A stretch of DNA of 64,000 nucleotides. Origin: an uncultured Terracidiphilus sp. (GTDB lineage Bacteria > Acidobacteriota > Terriglobia > Terriglobales > Acidobacteriaceae). Shown here one piece after another: positions 39,064 to 47,757 of the stretch. The notes under the pieces are model-generated. The model was not told where the DNA came from. It worked only from the letters and a program-made list of their open reading frames with translations, and searched no databases. The translations under genes and the position numbers were made by a program. How positions within the stretch are numbered: position 1 is the stretch's first letter; each line of letters begins with the position of its first letter. The stretch lies in NCBI GenBank assembly GCA_964419175.1, contig CAYQOQ010000004.1:115-64114 (forward strand), given 5' to 3'.

Positions 39064-40338
39064 ATGGCGACTCCTCAAACATTGGCGGAAATGACCAAAC
39101 TACCCGATTTGGACAAGGAGACTGTGCTGCTCCAGATGGAGCGGATTCTTTCCAGTTCCCACTTCAGGAACAGCCGCCGGTACACCGACCTTCTGCGATT
39201 CGTGGTGCAGCAGACGCTTGATGGCCATGCGGACATTCTGAAAGAGCGGACCCTCGGGATCGAGGTCTTTGATCGGTATCCAGGCTTTGACACTTCCGGA
39301 GATTCCATCGTTCGTGTAGCCGCGGCAGAGGTGAGAAAACGGATTGCGCTGTATTACCAAGAGGAAGGCCACGAACATGAGCTTCGGGTTGATCTGCCAT
39401 CCGGCTCATATGTGGCGCGCTTTCGCCCCCCGTCGGAGCCATCGCCCACAAACGTCACTGCGCCCGAAGCGTCTGAGCCGGTGCAGACCGAGAAGGCAGC
39501 GGATTCTGAACAGAAGAGCGCAACTGCTCCTTGGAGAAAGAAGCTAGCGTTCGTTGCTGTGGCGCTCCTGTTCATCGCAATTGCGAGCGTTATTGCGCTG
39601 TGGGGCAGATCCGACAGCGGTCTGAACCGGTTTTGGGGTCCGGTCTTTGAATCTTCCAGTCCAATTCTGGTCTGTGTTGGAACGGTTGAACCGTCGCATA
39701 TTGCTCCGGATTTTCGAAAGCGATTTACGCTCCAGATGGCAGACACCGTCAACGGAGCGGCACAGCCTCCAACTCCAGAGTCCGGTTTCATGGATTGGCC
39801 TGCGCTCACCCTGACCGATGCTGTCCAGATAACGCGCATCACCGAAATGTTGACAAAGCACCAAGTGCATTCTCTGCTGCGCTCCTCTGAGAATGTCACC
39901 CTGGCCGACCTGCGGGGCGGCCCGGTGATTTTGGTCGGCGTACTGGAGAATTCCTGGACGCTGCGGCTGGTTTCAACACTCCGATTCCATCCGCGGATGG
40001 ATTTTGCCAGCCAAAAAGTATGGATTGAAGACTCGCAACATCCAGAGCGCAGGAATTGGAGTACCCTGTGGGGACTCCCTTACTCGGAATCCAGTGACGA
40101 TTACGCACTGGTTACCCGAACCAGGAATCCGCTATCAGGCCAGATCACGGTTATTGTTGGCGGCCTGGCGATGCATGGGAGTCAAGCTGCCGGTGAATTT
40201 GTAACCAATCCTGCCTATTTGAACACTTTGTCTAGGAGCTTGCGCGATCCAAACAAAAATGTGCAGATCGTTTTGAAGATCGACGTCATCAAAGGCGAGC
40301 CTGGTCCGCCGCAAATCGTTGCTGAATACTATTGGTAG
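39064..40338 (+). CDS. Membrane-anchored putative transcriptional regulator (paralog of 25230..26474)
   Basis: 87 of 107 N-terminal residues are identical to the paralog by hand alignment; a TM helix and a more divergent periplasmic domain end in GPPQIVAEYYW. Confidence 0.75.
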   Translation: MATPQTLAEMTKLPDLDKETVLLQMERILSSSHFRNSRRYTDLLRFVVQQTLDGHADILKERTLGIEVFDRYPGFDTSGDSIVRVAAAEVRKRIALYYQEEGHEHELRVDLPSGSYVARFRPPSEPSPTNVTAPEASEPVQTEKAADSEQKSATAPWRKKLAFVAVALLFIAIASVIALWGRSDSGLNRFWGPVFESSSPILVCVGTVEPSHIAPDFRKRFTLQMADTVNGAAQPPTPESGFMDWPALTLTDAVQITRITEMLTKHQVHSLLRSSENVTLADLRGGPVILVGVLENSWTLRLVSTLRFHPRMDFASQKVWIEDSQHPERRNWSTLWGLPYSESSDDYALVTRTRNPLSGQITVIVGGLAMHGSQAAGEFVTNPAYLNTLSRSLRDPNKNVQIVLKIDVIKGEPGPPQIVAEYYW

Positions 40339-40596
40339 GGTGAAGATCAGAGTTTGTCCGTCTCTCTATAACAGGCAGAACAACAAGAAACAAGCCGGCA
40401 ACGGACCTCGGATAACTGGGTATTCGCTCGCCAAGAATAACAGTACGATAGCTCAGTTCACTTTCTCGGCAACTTTGCCATGCCATCTGGGGGAGTGGAT
40501 GAGGGCCATGCACCAACACATGCGGACCGTGAGCGCGGAGTCCTACAACTTTTGCAGCGAGAGAGCTACGCTTATACGAGTCTATGGGAGTCACCA

Positions 40597-40611
40597 CCTC
40601 TGAATCAGAGG
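40597..40611. promoter_or_regulatory. Palindrome CCTCTGA-A-TCAGAGG, candidate operator
   Basis: Perfect 7-1-7 inverted repeat upstream of the TBDR; an extra half-site TCAGAGG follows at 40619. Confidence 0.4.
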
Positions 40612-40940
40612 CGACCGCTCAGAGGTCTTGCCATGGTGGATGCGCCTATCGCTACGTTCAGCTCCGCATTCACCTCAAAATTCATCCTCGGTTGGGCATC
40701 GAGAAGCCGCGCATGAGTGCGTTGATGCCTCCCTACCTGCGGGTAATCGAGGCCGGTTTCCACAATGCGCAGAGCAGCTTATTGAAACGCTATGATCGAA
40801 TTCGCCCGGCAAAAGATGAACCGGCTTCCTTGACGTGCCCCGAACAGAAATATAGGATAGGTCAAATGCCGTTGATCTCTGCCGCACTTTCCTTCTGATT
40901 CGGCATTCCACCTTTATCTTGGTTGTATTTTGGAGGTTCC

Positions 40941-43900
40941 ATGCCAGCATCGCGCATTCGTGTACTCACTCTCAGAATCGTACTCACATTCATCGCCTTG
41001 CTTTTCATCGGGCAATGGGTTAGTGCGCAATCGGTCGGTTCGATCGCCGGCTCGGTTGCAGATACGGCCGGTGGTGCTCTGCCCGCATCCAGCGTTACGT
41101 TGACAAATCAACGAACGAATGAAGTGCGCCGCGCAACCACCGATGGATACGGATCGTTCTCGTTCACACTGCTGCCCATCGGTGTTTATAGCATCAAGGC
41201 GGAGCACGAGGGCTTCCAGCCGCTCGAGATCACGAACACCGCGCTGGAAGGCCAGCAGCATCTTACCCTGTCGCTGGTTCTGCATCCCGGGGGGATAACC
41301 ACCACAGTAAGCGTCGAGGCGGCTGAAACGCAGGTAGAGAGGGCCGATCCGACGCTGAGCCAAACCGTTCACGCTGAGCAGGTGGCCAACCTGCCGCTGA
41401 ACGGGCGCGACTTTGCGCAACTTGCCCTTCTGACTCCGGGAACGGTTCGCGGGGAACAGACAACCGACTTTCTGAATCAGGGCACCAGCAGCGAAGTGTC
41501 TTTCCGCGGCTCGGTATCCCTGTCGGTACAGGGCATGGCTGAGAACACGAACGACTGGCGGTTGGACGGCGTCGACGACAACGAATTGACGGGCGGCGGC
41601 GTCGCCTTTTTGCCAGAGGTGGACGCGATTCAGGAATTCAATGTGCTAACGTTCAACTACTCGGCGCAGTACGGAAGCCGTGGCGGCAGCACGGTGCTGG
41701 TGTCGACCAAGTCCGGCAGCAACAGTTTTCACGGTTCGGCATTCGAATTCTTGCGCAACGACTATCTGGATGCAAGAAACTACTTTGACCCGGTGAAGAA
41801 GGGCAAGTACCGTCAGAATGAGTTCGGCGGATCCATCGGCGGCCCGATCTTCCACAACAAGACCTTCTTCTTTACCGATTACCAAGGCAACCGCGTTCGG
41901 CAGGGCGCGCCGATTCTCAGCGTGGTTCCGACGACGCAGCAAACGCAGAATCACATCTTCACTAATCCTATCTTCGATCCGACCACTTCGCTGGCGGCCA
42001 GCAACGCCTCGTCGCGCAAGAGTTACTACAACACGACGCTCGCGACCTACCAGATTCCCGCCGGCGAGATCAGCCCCGTTGGCCAGGCAATTCTGAATCT
42101 TTTCCCCGCGCCGTCCCCGGCCGGGACTTCAGGCCTGACCGGTTCTTACAACTACACGGCAAGCCCGGTGCGCACGATGAACGACGACGAGTTTGATGTG
42201 CGCATCGATCACCAATTGAGCGCAAACGATCACTTGTTCGGGCGGTTCAGCTGGGACAATGGCCAGCAGTTCAATCCTTCGGGCCTGCCTGGTTTCGGCG
42301 CCAAGTCGTCTTACACCAGCACCACCTACTTCCGGGCTCGGGTGCGGAACTTCGCACTCTCCGATACGCACATCTTCTCCGCCCACGTTGTAAACCAGAT
42401 GGCCGCCGGATACAACCGCGATTACAACACGATTCGCGGCATCGGGTACGGCATATCGGAGGCGGCGAACCTGGGCATTAACGGCGCGAACCTGGGCGAC
42501 CTTGCAACCTCTGGCATGACGCTGATCAGCATGACAGGATTCAACCCGATTGGAGATCGGCTGTATTCGCCGTATCAGGGTGGAACCAATATCTTCCACT
42601 ACTTCGATTCGCTAAGTGTGGTGAGGGGAAAACACAGCTTCACTTTCGGATTCGATTTCAGGCCGATGCAGAACAACGGTCTGGGAGAAACGTATTTTCA
42701 TGGCCAGATGGGGTTCACCAAGAACTTCACGGCCTATAGCACGAGCACATCCTTTGCCGCGACGATTACGGATCCGGCCAGCGGCATCACCGGCGCCAAC
42801 GGCAATCCGATCGCGAGCGTGCTGCTGGGCTATCCGAGTTCGGGCAACCGCCAAAACCAGGTGAACAGCGGCATCATCGGACGGCGCTGGAAAGAATACC
42901 GCGGCTATGCGCAGGACAACTGGTCGATTACGCCGTCACTTACGCTGAACCTGGGCGTGGCCTACATGGTAGCAACTCCGCTGACCGAAGCGCAGGGACG
43001 CATTGCCAATTTCGATACGCAAACTGGGACCTATTACGTTGCCGGGCGTCAGGCATCAACCTATACCGGCACGGTGGCTTCTGACAAATACGCCGGTATC
43101 CATACGGATTTCTCGAACATTCAGCCGCGCTTCGGATTTTCTTTCAGTCCGTTCGGTCCCGAACACAACACCGTGATCGGTGGCGGCTACGGCATCTTCA
43201 ACGATTCCTCGCACCTCGGGCAGTCGGCCGGCATCCATCAGAACCCGCCGTATACCAACACCTATACGTTCACAACCAACGACATCAATCCCACGCGCAC
43301 GCTGATCGTAGGCGCTGCGAACAACGGCTTCCCTGACAACAGCCCGCCGGCAAACCCAACCACCTATACCGGATCCATTGTCGCCATGAACCGCAATTTC
43401 AAACAGGGCCTGGTGCAGCAATACAACCTCCATCTCCAACAGGGCTTGAAAGGCGCGGTCATGAGTGTGTCCTACGCTGGAACCCATGCGACGCGGCTAT
43501 TCAACAACATCGGCTCGTTCAACGGCTCGGCTCCAGGCGCAGGCAACAACACCGCCGCACGCCGTCCCTTCACCACGCTGAACACGATTGCCGATATCGA
43601 TTCAAACGGATGGCTGATCTACAACTCCCTCCAGGCCAAGGTCGAGCGCCGCATGAGCGGGTTTTATCTCCTCGGTTCCTACACCTACAGCCAGGCGTTA
43701 ACCAACGGCTACTCAGAGGCGGTAACAACTCTTCCTGGGTCCACATATTTTCCGCTCACCCTGGGACCGAGTTTTTACCACAGCAGCCCGGTGCTTGTTT
43801 CCTCTCCGGGTAATCCCGCCGGCACAGCAATTTCTCCGTTGGCCGACCGCGGTTCGTCGCCACTGCAGTTGCGCAACAGCTTTACGGCGAGCGTGCTCTA

Positions 43901-44408
43901 CGCGCTTCCCTTCGGCACTGGCCACCGTTTCCTGAATCACTCCGGCCGCGTGCTCGATGAAGTTGTCGGCGGATGGCAGGCAAACAGCATTATCACTTCG
44001 CACGGCGGCTTCCCGATGGCGTTTACGCAGGCCACTAACACATCGGGCTCGGGCGTCACCAACCGCCCCGACTTTGTTTCTGGATGCAGCCTGTATGCGG
44101 GGGCCAAGACGGTGAGCCACTGGTTCAATACCTCGTGCTTTGCCACACCGACGTCTCAACAGCTCGGCAACTCGCCGCGTACACTGGGCTCTGGGCCGCA
44201 GCGGACCAACTTGGACTTCTCGATGTACAAGAAGTTCAGAACCTTCAAAGAGCAGAATCTGGAGTTCAGAGGAGAGTTCTTCAACATCCTGAACCACTCG
44301 CAATTTGGGCTACCCGACCAGGGATACGGCGACGCGACCTTTGGTCAAATTTCGACGACGGTCATGTCAAATCGGCAGGTTCAGTTCGCGCTGAAGTACC
44401 TGTACTAA
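40941..44408 (+). CDS. TonB-dependent receptor (Oar-like type)
   Basis: GGAGG RBS, signal peptide, LPLNGRDFAQL, DAIQEFNV, GSAFEFLRND, and C-terminal RQVQFALKYLY. Confidence 0.92.
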   Translation: MPASRIRVLTLRIVLTFIALLFIGQWVSAQSVGSIAGSVADTAGGALPASSVTLTNQRTNEVRRATTDGYGSFSFTLLPIGVYSIKAEHEGFQPLEITNTALEGQQHLTLSLVLHPGGITTTVSVEAAETQVERADPTLSQTVHAEQVANLPLNGRDFAQLALLTPGTVRGEQTTDFLNQGTSSEVSFRGSVSLSVQGMAENTNDWRLDGVDDNELTGGGVAFLPEVDAIQEFNVLTFNYSAQYGSRGGSTVLVSTKSGSNSFHGSAFEFLRNDYLDARNYFDPVKKGKYRQNEFGGSIGGPIFHNKTFFFTDYQGNRVRQGAPILSVVPTTQQTQNHIFTNPIFDPTTSLAASNASSRKSYYNTTLATYQIPAGEISPVGQAILNLFPAPSPAGTSGLTGSYNYTASPVRTMNDDEFDVRIDHQLSANDHLFGRFSWDNGQQFNPSGLPGFGAKSSYTSTTYFRARVRNFALSDTHIFSAHVVNQMAAGYNRDYNTIRGIGYGISEAANLGINGANLGDLATSGMTLISMTGFNPIGDRLYSPYQGGTNIFHYFDSLSVVRGKHSFTFGFDFRPMQNNGLGETYFHGQMGFTKNFTAYSTSTSFAATITDPASGITGANGNPIASVLLGYPSSGNRQNQVNSGIIGRRWKEYRGYAQDNWSITPSLTLNLGVAYMVATPLTEAQGRIANFDTQTGTYYVAGRQASTYTGTVASDKYAGIHTDFSNIQPRFGFSFSPFGPEHNTVIGGGYGIFNDSSHLGQSAGIHQNPPYTNTYTFTTNDINPTRTLIVGAANNGFPDNSPPANPTTYTGSIVAMNRNFKQGLVQQYNLHLQQGLKGAVMSVSYAGTHATRLFNNIGSFNGSAPGAGNNTAARRPFTTLNTIADIDSNGWLIYNSLQAKVERRMSGFYLLGSYTYSQALTNGYSEAVTTLPGSTYFPLTLGPSFYHSSPVLVSSPGNPAGTAISPLADRGSSPLQLRNSFTASVLYALPFGTGHRFLNHSGRVLDEVVGGWQANSIITSHGGFPMAFTQATNTSGSGVTNRPDFVSGCSLYAGAKTVSHWFNTSCFATPTSQQLGNSPRTLGSGPQRTNLDFSMYKKFRTFKEQNLEFRGEFFNILNHSQFGLPDQGYGDATFGQISTTVMSNRQVQFALKYLY

Positions 44409-44531
44409 ATAGAAAAAGACGCAACGTGCCGCGGCATGCCGCAACATTGGCTGCTGCGGCACATTTGCGTAGCCCTGCACACCGGCAGACAATCTGACGG
44501 GCGCTCGATAACAAGAGAGGACAGCTTACCG

Positions 44532-46106
44532 ATGGAATCACATTACAAGCTCGCTAAGAGCGGTGTTGTGTTGGCCGGCATGGCAGCGATGTTTGCGGGC
44601 ATGACGGCCACGGGCTACGCCCAGACGCCAACCACGCCGTCATCGGACGAGGCTGGCGCCGCAGCGGTATTCAATCGCGTTGCCGCAGACCAGTCGCGCC
44701 TGCGTGTCTTTCTTCAGGCAATGCCAAAGGGCGCCAACCTGCACAACCATCTGGACGGCAGTGTCTACACCGAGAGCTACGTGAAGATGGCTGCGGAGCA
44801 CGGCTTCTGTGCCGATTTCACGGCCGCCAAGATCACCCCGCCGCCGTGCCGCACTCCCGAGGATGAATTGAAGGGCATGGGGATGCGCGATCCCGGCCGG
44901 TACGAGAGATTCATGGATGTGATTTCGAGGCGGACCTATCGCCGCGGAATCGGCTACGACGTTCCGGGCGGATCCACGGGAGGCGGGGGCTTCCCGGCAA
45001 TCTACGCGATTTCGGTTCTGGTGCCGAGCGAGAGCATGGTGCTGTCGCGCAGGCTGGCTGCCAACGATCACGAGACCTATACCGAATTCATCTACCAGCC
45101 AGACATTCTCGACAAAACAGCTTCGGCAGTGAAGGATCCACAATGGGATCCGAAGGACATGGAAGGCGCCTTTAACCGTGCGCTTCCCAAACTGAAGCCA
45201 GTGGTCCAGCATGCGATCGCGGATTTTGAAAGCTACAAAGCGAAGGCCGATAAAGTGTTGGGCTGCGGCACGCCCAAGGCGGAGCCGGCCTGCAATCTGG
45301 AAGTACGTTTTCTGAGTTATACCCGGCGGGGCGACCCTCAGGATCAGGTGTTTCAGGCTACTATGATGGCGTTCATGCTGGCCGATAGCGATCCGAATTA
45401 TGTCGGCTTTCATCTCGTGGGACCGGAGGACAAAGAGAGCGCTCTGGACGACTATGACCTCAACATGGAGATGATCGGCTTCGTGGGGTCAAAATTTCCG
45501 CGCGTCCACCGTGCGCTCCACGCGGGCGAACAAACTCTGGGCAAGGCACCGCCGTACGCACTCGTAGATCACCTGAAGAACGCCATCGAGATCGCTGGCG
45601 CCGAGCGGATCGGCCACGGCGCGTCGATCCCGTTCGAGGTCGACGCGGTTGGCACTCTCGCACGCATGGCCCGCGACAATATCGCCGTGGAGATTAACCT
45701 CACCAGCAATGATCGATTCGGGGCGAACGGCTCATATCATCCGCTCAATCTGTACCGCGCTGCTGGCGTACCGGTTACCATTGCCACCGACAATACCGGG
45801 ATGGCGCGCGTCGATCTCTCCAACGAGTATGTACGCGCCGCATATGAACACAAGCTGGACTACAAGGACCTCAAGTACGTCGCGCGCACAGGAATGCAGG
45901 TCACGTTTCTTCCCGGTCAGAGCCTATGGGAAAAGCTGCAGATTGGCGTGCCTGTAGAGGCCTGTAGCCACGACCAGCTTGGTTCCGACAATCCCTCGGC
46001 GGCTTGCAAGGCATTCCTGTCGAAAAGCACAAAGGCTACGCTACAATGGCGCCACGAGAAGCAACTAGCAAAGTTTGAACGCGACGTGCAACGCTGGCGC
46101 TTCTAA
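44532..46106 (+). CDS. Exported adenosine-deaminase-family metallohydrolase
   Basis: Signal peptide, MPKGANLHNHLDGS, ALHAGE, ERIGHG, VEINLTSN and ATDNTG (the canonical motif is TDD). Confidence 0.85.
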   Translation: MESHYKLAKSGVVLAGMAAMFAGMTATGYAQTPTTPSSDEAGAAAVFNRVAADQSRLRVFLQAMPKGANLHNHLDGSVYTESYVKMAAEHGFCADFTAAKITPPPCRTPEDELKGMGMRDPGRYERFMDVISRRTYRRGIGYDVPGGSTGGGGFPAIYAISVLVPSESMVLSRRLAANDHETYTEFIYQPDILDKTASAVKDPQWDPKDMEGAFNRALPKLKPVVQHAIADFESYKAKADKVLGCGTPKAEPACNLEVRFLSYTRRGDPQDQVFQATMMAFMLADSDPNYVGFHLVGPEDKESALDDYDLNMEMIGFVGSKFPRVHRALHAGEQTLGKAPPYALVDHLKNAIEIAGAERIGHGASIPFEVDAVGTLARMARDNIAVEINLTSNDRFGANGSYHPLNLYRAAGVPVTIATDNTGMARVDLSNEYVRAAYEHKLDYKDLKYVARTGMQVTFLPGQSLWEKLQIGVPVEACSHDQLGSDNPSAACKAFLSKSTKATLQWRHEKQLAKFERDVQRWRF

Positions 46107-46184
46107 TTACACTCTGCACAAGTTCCAAGCCAGTTCCCTGCTTGAATGGAATGATATGCCGAGTGCAAGGGCAATTAGGTCTGG

Positions 46185-46300
46185 CGATTCTGCTGGAGAC
46201 GTGCTTTTTGCAGCACTGGTTTAACCTGTCGGACCCCGGCGTGGAAGAAGCCTTCCACGATTCGCGCACGTTTCGCCGCTGGGCCAGTTTAGACGAGCGA
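46185..46300 (+). mobile_element. IS5-family transposase remnant (N-terminal DUF772-like fragment)
   Basis: Translates to LLETCFLQHWFNLSDPGVEEAFHDSRTFRRWASLDE, matching the IS5 motif FLQQWFNLSDPxxEEALYDS; no rest of the gene or IRs seen. Confidence 0.75.
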
Positions 46301-46503
46301 ACTCAGCTGTTCAGATCTGTCTTGCAATTACAAAAAGGCCCCACAGGTTTCCCGATGCGGGCCCGTATTTGTCCATGTATGGACAATAGTCAACGACGAT
46401 CATCGGCTCGTGCGTAATCAGGCCCGCAAGTTCCCGAGCAAGTGGGGACGCCACAGGAAACGGCAGGCGGCATCGACCTGAACCACCCCACGACCCGCTG
46501 TTC

Positions 46504-46540
46504 CACATGGCGCCAGCTTCCGCGGCGCCATGTGTGTTTT
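46504..46540 (+). terminator. Intrinsic terminator-like hairpin
   Basis: CACATGGCGCC-N9-GGCGCCATGTG followed by TGTTTT. Confidence 0.55.
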
Positions 46541-46580
46541 GAAAAAAACCAAGCATCCCGGTCACTTCTCTTGGATCTGC

Positions 46581-46967
46581 TTAGGTGAAGATTATCTGAC
46601 CGCCGGCCGCCTTCTCGTAAAACTGGCCCACCGAGATGGCACCATCCACCTCTTCGCAGAAGTCGTCTTTTTTGATGTGGAACATATCCACGATGGCGCG
46701 GCAGGCATAGATCTCGCAGCCCGCATCGTGAATCATGGTGATGAATTCACCGACCGGAGAAATGTCTATTTTCTCAATCTTTTTTCATCATCCTGGTAGC
46801 GAATGCCGACATTCCTGGTATCGCGCCGAGCAGCGTAGGCATACGCATGCCCGGATTGCCGACGGTGGCCACCTTGAGGCTGTTTATCCACTTCCTGATG
46901 ATGGCGTCGAGGCCGAAGAAGGTAAAAAGAGCGAAGCTTCAATGCCTTCCATGCGTGCGCCGTTGGA
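46581..46967 (-). pseudogene. DsrE/DsrF/DrsH-like (DrsE_2) protein pseudogene, 5'-truncated, two frameshifts
   Basis: Reconstructed: SNGARMEGIEASLF/TFFGLDAIIRKWINSLKVATVGNPGMRMPTLLGAIPGMSAFATRMMKK/IEKIDISPVGEFITMIHDAGCEIYACRAIVDMFHIKKDDFCEEVDGAISVGQFYEKAAGGQIIFT*. Both shifts lie in homopolymer runs (T5, A6). Confidence 0.8.
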
Positions 46968-46969
46968 CG

Positions 46970-47587
46970 CTACTGCTCCTTGTAAGCATGCACGACAAAT
47001 CGTTCCGGAGCAGCGCCGATAAGGTGGAATGGGTAGCAGGTTATGAGCGTAATGGAAGACTTAACCGAGGGGACGAGAATTCCGGTATCGTCAGGCGAGA
47101 CGATCCGTACCCAATCGACCTGGTAGCGAGAAAGGCCAGTTGCGGTCTGAATCTGGATCTCGTCGTTGACGCGAATGTCCTTGAGGGCGCGGAAGAACGT
47201 ATCGCGATGACCGGCGATTCCGGCGTTTCCCGGCTCACCAGGAAGAGCAGTGCCTTCAATGTGTCCTACACCGAGTCGCAGAGTACGCGCTGAGGTTCCC
47301 TCAAGAATTGCGGTCATCATCCTAAGGCGGGGAATCTCAATGCGGCCCAGGACGTCGCCGTGTTTGGCAACGACCGTTGACAGGTTCACTTCTTGTTGTT
47401 TTTGCGCAAAGATCTGTTCTTCAAGAGTGTTGTTCGCGGCGTCCTGGAAGAGCTTTGCATGGAGCAGAGTCAGCGCAACATAAGAGATCGCAAGGGCGCC
47501 TGTAAGGAAAAGCAGCCTCCGCGTCCAGCGAAGAAACAGACAGCCCCGTATTGCAATGACTTGCTTCGCAGTTACGGTCATCATCAT
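46970..47587 (-). CDS. Class D-like sortase
   Basis: N-terminal TM, GRIEIPRL, LRLGVGHIEGTALPGEPGNAGIAGHRDTFF and ITLITCYPF...PERFVV with the His/Cys/Arg triad intact. Confidence 0.92.
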   Translation of the reverse strand: MMMTVTAKQVIAIRGCLFLRWTRRLLFLTGALAISYVALTLLHAKLFQDAANNTLEEQIFAQKQQEVNLSTVVAKHGDVLGRIEIPRLRMMTAILEGTSARTLRLGVGHIEGTALPGEPGNAGIAGHRDTFFRALKDIRVNDEIQIQTATGLSRYQVDWVRIVSPDDTGILVPSVKSSITLITCYPFHLIGAAPERFVVHAYKEQ

Positions 47588-47671
47588 CGTGTGCCTCTGC
47601 CGTCACTGGGAGGAATGTTAAAGGCGGCGCTATCTCCGGTGCGGGTGAAGAACCTGCGCCGGAACGGGCAA

Positions 47672-47698
47672 AGGAGGCGACACTCGCGTACCGCCTCC
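47672..47698 (-). terminator. Hairpin between the sortase substrate and the sortase
   Basis: On the minus strand AGGAGGCG-N12-CGCCTCCT followed by TT, nested in an imperfect outer CCGGAA(A)CGG stem. Confidence 0.5.
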
Positions 47699-47757
47699 TG
47701 TTCCACAGACCGTTTCCGGATCGCGTAAGGCTCCGTGCAATCTAACTCTAGCTTGAT

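Noticed and set aside
46370-46385. TGTCCAT-GT-ATGGACA palindrome as an IS end or att site
   Set aside because: No matching partner site, integrase or tRNA target was found in the window.
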